From assembly GCF_009914755.1 (NCBI RefSeq), contig NC_060935.1: 64,000 bases of DNA; one strand, given 5' to 3'. Positions 12,846-27,452 of this stretch are shown here, piece by piece. The DNA is from the human T2T-CHM13v2.0 reference genome, Homo sapiens. Below the pieces are notes generated by a model. That model was not told the DNA's origin. It saw only the letters and a list, made by a program, of their open reading frames with translations, and did not search any database. How positions within the stretch are numbered: position 1 is the stretch's first letter; each line of letters starts with the position of its first letter. The position numbers and the translations under genes were made by a program.

Positions 12846-15099
12846 GACTTCTTTTCTCTTGTTTCCTTCCTACAGTCAGCAGAAGGGAGAAATTGCTCAC
12901 CTCCTGAACCTGAGAAATTCACCAGGCCCTTCCCTTCAAAGAACCAATTGGTCAATCCTACTCCTAAAATTAGGCTTATAACTCAGAGAACACAGGCTCT
13001 CCTTTTCATTGTATCATCTGTGGTCCCCCAGCACACATCTCCCTGTGGCTAAAGTAGGATTGCAGCCACAAAACAGAATTTCTTAGACTCTACTCACTCA
13101 CGGTCTTCAAGAAAGCTGAGGCCCTTGAAATTCTTCCCATATAATTCTGGGAAGGCGCAAGCTCATGCTTTGGCTGGCACATGCCTGTCTCCACATCCCC
13201 CCAACTTTTCTCTTCTGCCCTGGATCACAGTAATAATGACTTCCGTTGCTGCGGATGACAAGGAAGTAGCTGTGCTGTGGTTCCCGCCAGCACTGCCAGT
13301 GCCTCTGCCAAGGCTGCCAACTGAGCAGGGCTCATCTGGATCCCTCATGCTCTGTCCTTAACCATGGAAGATGCTGCTGCTGATGCCAGCAGAAAGAGCT
13401 GATTCCATCAATGTCCCCACTGCCTCTGCTGTCAGTCTCCATGCCACACCACACGCACACTACTACAGAGACACTGATGTCAGTGACAAGGGCGCTCTCT
13501 CCTATTTCCACTGGCACCAATTCTGCTGACATCTTCAGCTCTCAGTACCCCATGGAGATTTTAGCAAACCACTCTTTTATTGGTTTTTACCTATTTTTTT
13601 ACTGGAGCTGCCTAAACCCAGGACTCAGATATGAATCCAGAGTTGCTGAATCATTGGACAGCTGAGTGATAAACCCTTGGGCTGCATTTAGCATCACTCT
13701 TCCCCTCCTGTACTCACCCAGAATGTCCTTGAGCCAAGCCCTTGCTTTTCAGCTCTCCCTTCCTTAGAATGAGTTCTGTTCTCATGTAAACAGACCTCTG
13801 GCAGGCTTATCCTGCCAGTTCTCCCATTATGCCAAAAAATCCACTAAAGAGTACAGGAGAAAACCTAGGTAAAAATGAGTGACCAAAAATGGGGACATCT
13901 GCCCAGAAAAGAAACCTCTTGACAATACCCTTTAGATATATATGGCCTAACACAGTGGTTCTCAAATGATAAGCTGTCATAAAGAAAATACATTAGAAAA
14001 TTTACTAAAGAGAATCCTGTTTATTTGTCCAGCCATTTGTTTCTTGTGAATGAGAACTTTTTCTCTTAATTATAGCTTTTAGTGACTGTCAGTAACAGAC
14101 ATTTATTGCACAATTTCTTAGAATTCAATTCTCTCATGACCATAAAGAGCTAATATTTCCACAGAATCAAGTTCTCAATGTTTCTTACGGCCTTATTTAG
14201 AGTTAATGCCTGGATATCACAACAGTACCACAAGCTTAAGTCTACAAACTACTGCCTCATGCCCATTCCCTCAAGTAGACATTTGCGGGAGGGACAAACC
14301 CCAGTGTAATTGCACAAACTGTTAAGAGTGCTATGATTCTTCCAAGGTGCCTACCCACAGGGCTCATTCAGATACTACAGTCTCTTTTTCCTAGGAAAAT
14401 TGAATTTTCCCTGAACATTTTCTCATAAGCTAGATTTCTTTCTTTTGAGGATCCCTGTAGCTTATATAAACCATCTCCACTTTTCTCTGGTCAAGCTGTG
14501 GTAAAGCAGAAGACGTCTGTTTCTAATTGTTTTCTTACTCTTGGCTTTGAACTTCACACACTTTTAGCTGATGCACTTCCTGAAATCACTTCTTTCCCTG
14601 GGAGTCTAGCATTGCTAATGCAAACCATGGTCATCCCCTTGGGCAGGTTTTATCTGCACAGGAATGTCTTGATCAGAGATTGCTATTCATATATCCTGCT
14701 TGTGTGACTGTGGGTATTATTTGATTTGATTCTATTAGATCAAGTTCATGGTAGACTGTCTTTTCTTTCTATGCTACACTGATTTTATTATGCTTTTTAC
14801 ATGCCAGTGGTTCTCAATACCGCCACACTTAACCTTTTCTCTGAGAACATCCTTTCAGTAATTTATCATAAAATTGCACACTGACTTGAGCTTGGGTGTC
14901 TTCAGTCAGCTTTGTCTTGATCACAATTGTTGCTCCAGTCCGTGGGCTTTCAGATCAGGAGAACAAAGAGGAATGGAAAAAAGCACACAACGAGGAATTC
15001 GGAGTCTTGTGTAAATATTATTTACAAGGAAGCATGTACAATAAATGCCATTTTCTTTAAAAAAAGTATTTGAATGTAATATGTGACAGAACTCATGGA

Positions 15100-15300
15100 G
15101 TTTTACATTTCAAACACTTAACTACTTCTGTGTCTTTGAGCAGGCTCTTAATTTCTCTGTGTTTCAGCTCTCTTCTGCATAAAGTCAGAACAATCCTGTC
15201 TGCCCTGTCACCTCCTAGAAGTCAGGATCATGTGAGATAATCCCATGAGTTGATTTAAAAATATATAAGGCACTACTCACCTGTAATTTGTTAATATTGT
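15100..15300 (+). mobile_element. MIR fragment
   Basis: actacttctgtgtctttgagcagg...tttctctgtgtttcagctctcttctgcataaag core. Confidence 0.55.
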
Positions 15301-15395
15301 CACTAGAAGAGTAGAAGTAACGTGTCTGGAGAAAGAAGTCATTTTCTTATTAAATGAGTTCCCTTAACTCTCAGCGTTGGCCTTCTGATAAGCAG

Positions 15396-15813
15396 TGTGT
15401 CAGTCTGTTTTGTGTTGCTATAAAGGAATACCTGAAATTGGGTACTTTATAAAGAAAAGAGGTTGATTTGGCTCGCAGTTCTGCAGGCTGAACAAACAAG
15501 GCACCAGCATCTGCTCGGCTTCTGGTGAGGGACTCAGGAAGCTTTTACTCACGGCAGAAGGTGAAGTGGGAGCAAGTGTGTCACACGGTGAAAAGGGGAC
15601 AAAGAGAGAGGATGAAGTGCCAGCTCCCTTTAAGCAACCAGCTCTCGCATGAACTAACAGAGTAAGAATCCCTCATTACCACAAAGATGACACCAAGCCA
15701 TTCATGAGGGGTCCGCCCCCATGACCCAAGCACTGCCCACTAGGCCCCGCCTCCAACACTGGGATCACATTGCAACATGAGGTTTGAAGGGGACAAATAT
15801 CCAAACTATATCC
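15396..15813 (-). mobile_element. MSTB-like (MaLR) solo LTR
   Basis: tgtgtcagtctgttttgtgttgctataaaggaatacctga ... ggacaaatatccaaactatatc; near-TSD agcag/aacag. Confidence 0.88.
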
Positions 15814-16823
15814 AACAGAATAGACAGTTTCTGTGTGGTGAAATTCCAAGAGACTTGGAAAACATCCTTGACCCAAAAGATGCCTTTGCCGCCTGCTCAC
15901 TGATATTTAAAATACAATCAATCACCAAGGACACATTTAATGGTTAGTGACTAAAAACTCATGAAGGAAAAACACGCTGACATAGATTTATTAAAATGTA
16001 TGGTAAAAATTAAGAACTGGTTCTAGAACCCATCCTAGGAGCAGGTTTGGATGTTATGGAGTCAGGCAATGCTTGCTTGGTATTCCTGTCTCATAAAGCT
16101 TGTAGAGTTTGACTTCCTCCAGATAGTTTCTCACTCTTGGTTCATCAGTTCATTTCCAAATGGCATTAAAAGATGGTCAAATAGCAATCGCCTCCCAGAA
16201 TCACAGTTGATGATTGACCACAATGGGTATCCCCACCCCCATATTGGGGACTGCTGGTCCAGTCTGTAGGTCCACAGGCTGGGCTGGGATATTCAAAACC
16301 CTCTTACCAAAGCCAGGCTGAACCACAGTAGTCAAAAATGAAAGGACATTTTAGAGACTAATCAAGGAATCAGTAACTTAAATAGCCACAGAGGACTGGT
16401 GGGTAACATGAATGTGTGAATGAGGACGGTATGAGACAATAGAGAGTGGTAGGGTCTGTGGTAAACTAAAGAAGGAACACATGTGCACCACAGATATTTA
16501 AATTCAAATCTAATTGAAAGTTGTGTTGATCAAATCAAATATGTCCACAGAATGACCACATTTGGCCACTAGGCTGCCAGCGTGTGACTCCTGATCCAGC
16601 CCCACTTCATTATAAAGGCAACCTGTGGGTACTACTGCAGTCACAGGAGCCCGTAAGGCCCAAGCTACAATGTCTCAGCTTAACGGTTAAACTTCAAACT
16701 CCCCGCGTCCAGATGAACCTCAGTTGTTCCTGAATGCATCACAACTTTGTGATTCAGTCACCATGTGCTTCTGTTCTGCTCTTTCTCATCCTCTCCTGCT
16801 CTATCTCCTCTTGGGCTGCTAAT

Positions 16824-17120
16824 TTTTTTTTTTTTTTTTTTGAGATGAAGTCTCGTTCTTTCGCCCAGGCTGGAGTGCAGTGGCGTGATCTCGGCTCACT
16901 GCAAGCTCTGACTCCCGGGTTCACGTCATTCTCCTGCCTCAGCCTCCCGAGTAGCTGCGACTACAGGTGCCCGCCACCACGCCCAGCTAATTTTGTATTT
17001 TTATTAGAGACAGGGTTTCACCATGTTAGCCAGGACGGTCTCAATCTCCTGACCTCGTGATCCACCCGCCTCGGCCTCCCAAAGTGCTGGGATTACAGGC
17101 GTGAGCCACCACGCCCAGCC
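16824..17120 (-). mobile_element. AluY-like, full length
   Basis: ctgcaagctc...gggttcacg diagnostic positions; 13-bp TSD ttgggctgctaat. Confidence 0.95.
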
Positions 17121-17736
17121 TTGGGCTGCTAATCTTAAAGCTGTGGGAAGAACCTCAGTGTATGGAATACCAATGGTGCCTTTTCAGAAACATCTATGTC
17201 TATTCCAAGGGTGCTACCCCAGTGTCCTCAACACACCACTTTCAGGCTGCAAAGAGGGGAGAATCACTCTCTGTTTGATTCAGTGCTGCACTTTGCCACC
17301 TGGGCCCCAAAGCCACACTGGGTGAGCCCAGAATAGCAGAAGGCCTCTTTGGAAAGCAGTCCCTATGGCTTCTTTTCTCTGTGCTCATCTCTCCTGCATA
17401 ACTGTAAGATAAACACACAAACATCATCCATCTCTGTCAGAATGAGCCACAGGGCAGGCACGATGCACAGACCGCCAAGAAACGTTTTCTCCCCACCCAT
17501 CCCACCACCAAATAAACAAAAGCAAATCTGCAAAATTGTTGCTTTCACTAAAATATTCCCAGGAGTTTACACTAACCAAAAGAATGCACCTTCTCTGTTT
17601 AAAGCCTCATCATGAAGAAAACTGTGATCGGTGCAGTAAGTTGGGACTTGGCTTATATTTGTGCAGCTAAAGGGCCTATTCAGTTGATTCTGCAAGAGCA
17701 AGGGTGTCCCCAAGAAGTACTGAATCTCACTTATAG

Positions 17737-18066
<330 letters not shown>

Positions 18067-18154
18067 GGGCAACTTTTAACTACAATGTTTTAGCTTCTAC
18101 ACATAGTACCTTAAAAAAAATTGTGGGATTGACTTTTATTCAGCGTATCGTGAC

Positions 18155-18503
18155 ACATGGTCATGCATCATGTAAGGTTGAGACTACATTCTGACAAATG
18201 CATCCAGAGGCGATTTTCGTCATTGTGTGAACCACATAGAATGTACTTACTTACCCAAATCTAGGTGGCATAGCCTGCTACACACTCTAGGTTCTACGGT
18301 ATAGCCTATTGCTTGTAGGCTGCAAACCTGTAGAGTGTTACTGCTGAATACTGTAGGTGATTGTAACACAATGGTGAGTGTTTGTGTATCTAAACATACC
18401 TAAACATGGAAAAGGTACAGTAAAATGTATGACGTAGCAAACTTACGATACCACTGTCATCTATGCAGTCTGTCATCAACTGACATTTTGCAGTACATGA
18501 CTG
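18155..18503. mobile_element. Tigger3-family (MER7) non-autonomous DNA transposon
   Basis: Degenerate TIRs ggtcatgcatcatgtaa / ttttgcagtacatgactg; internal gtatagcctattgcttgtaggctgcaaacctgta. Confidence 0.8.
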
Positions 18504-18544
18504 CATATTCATAAAGATTTTGAGATTTTAAGAGGAGATGTGTC

Positions 18545-19287
<743 letters not shown>

Positions 19288-20210
19288 AGAGGGATAATAT
19301 CCAGAATCTACAAAGAACTCAAACAAATTTACAAGAAAAAAAACAAAACAACCCCATCAACAAGTGGGCAAAGGATATGAACAGACACTTCTCAAAAGAA
19401 GACATTTATGCAGCCAAAAGTCACATGAAGAAATGCTCATCATCACTGGCCATCAGAGAAATGCAAATCAAAACCACAATGAGATACCATCTCACACCAG
19501 TTAGAATGGTGATCATTAAAAAGTCAGGAAACAACAGGTGCTGGAGAGGATGTGGAGAAATAGGAACACTTTTACACATTGGTGGGACTGTAAACTAGTT
19601 CAACCATTGTGGAAGTCGGTGTGGCGATTCCTCAGGGATGTAGAACTAGAAATACCATTTGACCCAGCCATCCCATTACTGGGTATATACCCAAAGGATT
19701 ATAAATCATGCTGCTATAAAGACACATGCACGTGTATATTTATTGGGGCACTATTCACAATAGCAAAGACTTGGAACCAACCCAAATGTCCAACAATGAT
19801 AGACTGGATAAAGAAAATGTGGCACATATACACCATGGAATACTACTATGCAGCCATAAAAAATGATGAGTTCATGTCCTTTGTAGGGACATGGATGAAG
19901 CTGGAAACCACCATTCTCAGCAAACTATTGCAAGGACAGAAAACCAAACACTGCATGTTCTCACTCATAGGTGGGAATCGAACAATGAAAACACATGGAC
20001 ACAGGAAGGGGAACATCACACACCGGGGCCTGTGGTGGGGTCGGGGGAGGGCAGAGGGTTAGCATTAGGAGATATACCTAATGTTAAATGACGAGTTAAT
20101 GGGTGCAGCACACCAACATGGCACATGTATGCATATGTAACAAACCTGCACATTGTGCACATGTACCCTAAAACTTAAAGTATAATAATAATTAAAAAAA
20201 AAAAAAAAAA
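19288..20210 (+). mobile_element. L1PA (L1PA4-like) 5'-truncated insertion with poly(A), no TSD
   Basis: Near-consensus ORF2 C-terminus ([44 protein letters not shown]; [13 protein letters not shown]), 3'UTR cctaatgttaaatgacgagttaatgggtgcagc, A17 tail. Confidence 0.95.
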
Positions 20211-23200
20211 CTAGCCCAGTTCATGGCCCCTTTAGCAGCAGCCCTGAGACGTTTTACAGCCCTAGACCCTTAAAGGTCAGAAGGCCGTCTTATTCTCAAT
20301 ATGCATTTTATTTTATAACCCAATCTGCCCCCGACATGAAATAAAGCTCCAAAAATTAAATTCTGGCCCTCAAACCCCACAACAGGACTTAATTAACCTC
20401 GCCTTCAAGGTGTACAATAATAGAGCAGAGGCAGCCAAGTAGCAATGTATTTCTGAGTTGCAATTCCATGCCTCCACTGTGAGACAAACCCCAGCCACAT
20501 CTCCAGCACACAAGAACTCCAAACGCCTGACCGCAGCTGCCAAGGGTTCCTCCAGAACCTCCTCCCCGAGGAGCTTGCTACAAGTACTGGAAATCTGGCC
20601 ACTGGGCCAAGGAATGCCCACAGCCCAGGATTCCTCCCAAGCCATGTCCCATCTGTGCAGGACCCCACTGAAAATCAGACTGTTCAACTCACCTGGCAGC
20701 CACTCCCAGAGCCCCTGGAACTCTGGCCTAAGGCTCTCTGACTCCTTCCCAGATCTTCTCGGCTTAGCAGCTGAAGACTGACACTGCTCGATCACCTCGG
20801 AAGCCTACGAGACCATCACAGATGCTATGGGTAACTCTCACAGTGGAGGGTAAGTCCTTCCCCTTCTTAGTCAATACAGAGGCTACCCACTCCACATTAC
20901 CTTCTTTTCAAGGGCCTGTTTCCCTTGCCTCCATAACTGTTGTAGGTATTGACAGCCAGGCTTCTAAACCTCTTAAAACTCCCCAACTCTAGTGCCAACT
21001 TAGACAATACTTTTTTAAGCACTCCTTTTTAGTTATCCCCACCTGCCCAGTTCCCTTATCAGGCTGAGACACTTTAACTAAATTATCTGCTTCCCTGACT
21101 ATTCCTGGACTACAGCCGCATCTCATTGCCGCCCTTCTCCCCAACCCAAAGCCTCCTTTGCATCTTCTTCTCCTATCCCCCCACCTTAACCCACAAGTAT
21201 AGGACATCTCTACTCCTTCCCTGGCAACTGATCACATGCCCATTACTATCCCATTAAAACCTAATCACCCTTTCCCCGCTCAACGCCAATATCCCATCCC
21301 ACAGCACACTTTAAAAGGATTAATGCCTGTTATCACTCGCCTGCTACAGCATGGCCTTTTAAAGCCTATAAACTCCCCTTGCAATTCCCCCTTTTCACCG
21401 GTCCTAAAACCAGACAAGGCTTACACGTTAGTTCAAGATCTGTTCAAGATCTGCACCTTATCAACCAAATTGTTTTGTCTATCCACCCCATGGTGCCAAA
21501 CCTATATACTCTCCTATCCTCAATACCTCCCTCCACAATCCATTATTCTGTTCTAGATCTCAAACATGCTTTCTTTACTATTCCTTTTCACCCTTCAACC
21601 CAGCCTCTCTTCGCTTTCACTTGGACTAGACCCTGACACCCATCAGGCTCAGCAAATTACCTGGGCTGTACTGCCACAAAGCTTCACAGACAGCCCCCAT
21701 TACTTCAGTTAAGCCCAAATTTCTTCCCCATCTGTTACCTATCTCAGCGTAATTTTCATAAAAACACACGTGCTCTCCCCACCGATCATGTCCAGCTGAT
21801 CTCTCAAACCCCAACACCTTCTACAAAACAACAACTCCTTTCCTTCCTAGGCATGGTTAGATACTTTCAACTTTAGATACCTGGTTTTGCCATCCTAACA
21901 AAACCATTATATAAACTCACAAAAAGAAACCTAGCTGACCCCATAGATCCTAAATCCTTTCCCCACTCCTCTTTCTGTTCCTTGAAGACAGCTTTAGAGA
22001 CTGCCCCCATCCTAGCTCTCCCTGACTCATCCCAACCCTTTTCATTACACACAGCCAAATTGCAGGGCTGTGCAGTCAGAATTCTTACACAAGGACCAGG
22101 ATCGTGTCCTGTAGCCTTTTTGTCCAAACAACTTGACCTTACTGTTTTAGACTGGCCATCATGTCTCCGTGCAGTGGCTGCTGCCACCCTAAAACTTTTA
22201 GAGGCCCTCAAAATCACAAACTATGCTCAACTCACTCTCTACAGCTCTCATAATTTCCAAAATCTATTTTCTTCCTCACACCTGACGCATATACTGTCTG
22301 CTCCCCGGCTCCTTCAGCTGTACTCACTCTTTGTTGAGTCTCCCACAATTACCATTGTTCCTGGCCCGGACTTCAATCCTGCCTCTCACATTATTCTGGA
22401 TACCACACCTGACCCTCATGACTGCATCTCTCTGATCCACCTGACGCTCACCCCATTTCTCCATATTTCCTTCTTTCCTGTTCCTCACCCTGATCACACT
22501 TAGTTTATTGATGGCAGTTCCACCAGGCCTAATCGCCACACACCAGCAAAGGCAGGCTATGCTATAGTACAAGCCACTAGCCCGCCCCTTAAAACCTCTC
22601 ATTTCCTTTCCATCGTGGAAATCTATCCTCAAGGAAATAACTTCTCAGTGTTCCATCTGCTATTCTACTACTTCTCAAGGATTATTCAAGCCCCCTCCCT
22701 TCCCTACACATCAAGCTCGAGGATTTGCCCCCACCCAGGACTGGCAAATTAGCTTTACTCAACATGCCCCAAGTCAGATAACTAAAATACCTCTTAGTCT
22801 AAGTAGACACTTTCACTGGATAGGTAGAGGCCTTTCCTACAAGGTCTGAGAACGCCACCACAGTCATTTCTTCCCTTTTGTCAGACATAATTCCTCAGTT
22901 TAGCCTTCCCACCTCTATACAGTCTGATAACAGACCAGCCTTTATTAGTCAAATCAGCCAAGCAGTTTTTCAGGCTCTTAGTATTCAGTGAAACCTTTAT
23001 ATCCCTTATGGTCCTCAGTCTTCAGGAAAGGTAGAACCTACTAATGGTCTTTTAAAACACACCTCACCAAGCTCAGCCACCAACTGAAAAAGGACTGGAC
23101 AACACTTTTACCACTTTCCCTTCTCAGAATTCAGGCCTGTCCTTGGAATGCTACAGAGTACAGCCCATTTGAGCTCCTGTATAGACGCTCCTTTTTATTA

Positions 23201-23823
23201 AGCCCCAGTCTCATTCCAGACACCAGACCAACTTGGACTGTGCCCCAAAAAACTTGTCACCCCTATTATCTTCTGTCTAGTCATACTCCTATTCTCCGTT
23301 CTCAACTACTCATACAAGCCCTGCTCTTGTTTACACTGCCGGTTTACACTGTTTCTCCAAGCCGTCATAGCTGATATCTCCTGGTGCTATCCCTAAAATG
23401 CCACTCTTAACTCTTGAAGTAAATAAATAATCTTTGCTGGCAGGACTATGCTGAATCTCCTTTGGCACTCTCTAATTAGATGTCCTAGGTCCTCCCAATT
23501 CTTAGACCTTTAATACCTGTTTTTCTCCTTCTCTTATTCCGTTTAGTTTTTCAATTCATACAAAACCGTGTCTAGGCCATCACCAATAATTCTACATGAC
23601 AAATGTATCTTCTAACAACCCCACGATATCACCCCTTACCACAAAATCTTCCTTCAGCTTAATCTCTCCCACTCTAGGTTCCCACGCCACCCCTAATCCC
23701 ACTCGAAGCAGCCCTGAGAAACATCGCCCATTATTTCTCCATACCACCCCCAAAAATTTTTACCGTCCCAACGCTTTACCACTATTTCATTTTATTTTTC
23801 TTATTAATATAAGAAGACAGGAA
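20211..23823 (+). mobile_element. HERV-H internal region (3' gag, pro, deleted pol, env remnant); 5' LTR, PBS and 5' gag missing
   Basis: gag zinc-knuckle-like tgctacaagtactggaaatctggccactgggccaaggaatgc; pol PITIPLKPNHPFPAQRQYPIPQ; ORF 21982-22503 KTALETAPILALPDSSQPFSLHTA; PPT aagaagacaggaa at 23811-23823. Confidence 0.95.
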
Positions 23824-24237
23824 CGTCAGGCCTCTGAGCCCAAGCTAAGCCATCATATCCCCTGTGACCTGCACGTACACATCCAGATGGCCGGTTCCTG
23901 CCTTAACTGATGACATTCCACCACAAAAGAAGTGAAAATGGCCTGTTCCTGACTTGACTGATGACATTATCTTGTGAAATTCCTTCTCCTGGCTCATCCT
24001 GGCTCAAAAGCTCCCCTACTGAGCAGCTTGTGACCCCCACACCTGCCCGCCAGAGAACAACCCCCCTTTGACTGTAATTTTCCTTTACCTACCCAAATCC
24101 TATAAAATAGCCCCACCCCTACCTCCCTTCACTGACTCTCTTTTTGGACTCAACCCACCTGCACCCGGGGGAAATAAACAGCCTTGTTGCTCACACAAAG
24201 CCTATTTGGTGGTCTCTTCACTTGGACGTACATGAAA
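23824..24237 (+). mobile_element. LTR7 (HERV-H 3' LTR), 414 bp
   Basis: cgtcaggcctctgagcccaagctaagccatc ... two actgatgacatt repeat units, TATA-like cctataaaa (~24100), aataaa (~24173), ends catgaaa. Confidence 0.95.
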
Positions 24238-24239
24238 CT

Positions 24240-24850
24240 ACGTATTTTGATAAGTTATTTTTTATTTTCATTTAATTCAAATATTTTTAATTTGAGACTT
24301 CTTTCTTTCACCCATGTGTTATTTTTAAACATATTGTTTAACCTGTAAATATTTGGGGGTTTTCCAGCTATCTTTCTGTTATTGATTTCTTCTTTAGTTC
24401 CACTGTGGTTTGACAGCATATTTTGCATGATTTCTATGCTTTTAAATTTGTTAAGGTGTGTTTTTAAGGCTCAGAATGTGGCCTATCTTGGTGAATGTTC
24501 CATGTGAACTTGAGAAGAATGTGAATTCTACTCTTGTTGGATGAAGCAATCTATGAATGTCAATTTGACCCAGTCGATTGATGCTACTGTTCAACTCAAC
24601 TATGTCCTTACTGATTTTCTGCCTTCTATTTCTGTCAATTGCTAATAGAGGGGTATTACTTTCTCCAACTATAATAGTGGATTTGTCTATTTCTACTTGC
24701 AGTTCTGTTAGTTTTTACCTCATGTATTTTGTTGCTCTGTTGTACATACACATTAAGGATTGTTATGTCTTCTTGGAGATTTTACCTCTTTGTCAAAATA
24801 ATGTCCCTCTTTAACCCTGATAATTTTCTTTGCTTTGAAGTCTGCTTTAA
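24240..24850 (-). mobile_element. Old L1M ORF2 5' (endonuclease) region
   Basis: ttggtgaatgttccatgtgaacttgagaagaatgtg ... tctccaactataatagtggatttgtctatttct. Confidence 0.8.
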
Positions 24851-25099
24851 AATGGAGGTTTCTATGTTAGATACAAAATAAAAATATTTATTTTTTGCAG
24901 TTTACAAAATAAATGAACTAAAAACAATTTTACAGAATGTTTAAAAACAAAGGGATAGAATAAAGGCAAAACTAACCAAAAAGGTCTGATGTGGTAATAT
25001 TCAATATTAAGCAAATTAGAATTTAAAATAGAACTTAAAAGAATTAACAAAATTAACATTAATTAACAAAACATAACCTAATTAAATAAAGAGAGATAC

Positions 25100-26095
<996 letters not shown>

Positions 26096-27127
26096 ATACT
26101 ATATAATAATAAACATGAAACCTCTCCAAAAAGATATAACAAATATAACTGTATATGTACCTATCAACCTCATCTTAGACTACATAAAAATAAAAAATTG
26201 ACACATTTACAAGGAGAAATGGATTAATCTACAAGCATTAGTTGTTGACAGTTTTAATATACTCTTCTCAAAAAGAACAAGCAGACAAGAAAATTATAAG
26301 AATGCATAAATTTGAACAGTATAATTAACATATTTAATCTGATCAATATGTATAGAACCCTGTACTTTACGAATAAAGAATACATTTTTGTTTTTCAAAG
26401 ACATGAATTAGTTACAAAAAATGACCATGTACTAGAACTCACAAAGGAAATATCAACCTCTTCTGAAGAACTTAGAACATGTTCTCTAACAATGCAATTA
26501 AACAAGAAACTTTTTTTTACTTTGAGCAAAAACATTGAAACACACACACAAATAACACAGCTTTTCTCACCATTCTCGGGTGCTAAGCCTTCAAATCACT
26601 TTCATTCACAAGAACAGTCATTTTAATTCACATAACTGCATATTCTCACCCAGTTTAAAAATTTTCTCTTTTCAATTCCAGTTTGCTTCACCCAGGAAAC
26701 TGCAGAGGGGCAGGGGGTAGCTGACTTTTCTCTCCTTGTGAGCCTTGCTGGCCTCTGTCTCCACCTCCCTCCCACATTGCTTCTGGGCCTGCAAAGTTGA
26801 AGGCTGAATGTGGGCGATCACTGGAGGAGAAATAAGAGACAAGAAACATGCTCTTGCCTGCCTGCATAGACATAACCTGGAGATGGTACCCTGGAGCATG
26901 ACCTGCTAACTACATCTCCCTCAGGGCATTTTGTGACTTCCTCAGAGATGGTCCCAGGGGGATCCTTAAATTGCAACTGACTTGACAGGGAAACTGAGGC
27001 TCACACAGGTAATGGATTCTTCTCAGCCAGACATTGTAGTTCCTCCTTCTTGAGCATCCATCAGCCCACCCCTATTGGGTCTCATGGCTCTTCAGGCAAT
27101 CTTGGGTGGAATTTAAAAAGGCTCAAG

Positions 27128-27412
27128 GGCCAAGTGCAGTGACTCATGCCTGTAATCCCAGCACTCTGGGAGGCTGAGGTGGGAGGACCACTTGAAGCCA
27201 GGAGTTCCAGACTAGCCTGGGCAACAAAATGAGACACTATCTCTACAAAAAATAAAATAAAATAAATTAGTCAGGCATGATGGCACATATCTGTAGTCCC
27301 AGCTACTCAGGAGGCAGAGGTGAGAAGACCGCTTGAGCCCAGGATTTCAAGGCTGCAGTAAGTTAATATGATCATTGCACTAGCCTAGGTGACAGAGCAA
27401 GACCCTGTGTCA

Positions 27413-27451
<39 letters not shown>

Positions 27452-27452
27452 A
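27128..27452 (+). mobile_element. AluJ with (TAAA)n tail
   Basis: gaggaccacttgaagccagg, gcttgagcccagga J-type positions; (TAAA)~10 at 27413-27452. Confidence 0.92.

Noticed and set aside
19377-20091. 174-aa and neighbouring ORFs
   Set aside because: Frameshifted L1 ORF2 C-terminus and 3'UTR of a 5'-truncated element; not a gene.
20370-20795. 141-aa antisense ORF (MIEQCQSSAAKPRRSGKES...)
   Set aside because: Antisense reading of HERV-H gag; no independent evidence of coding function.
21982-22503. 173-aa ORF
   Set aside because: HERV-H pol connection/RNase H-region remnant; upstream RT is deleted and frameshifted and the promoter LTR is missing.
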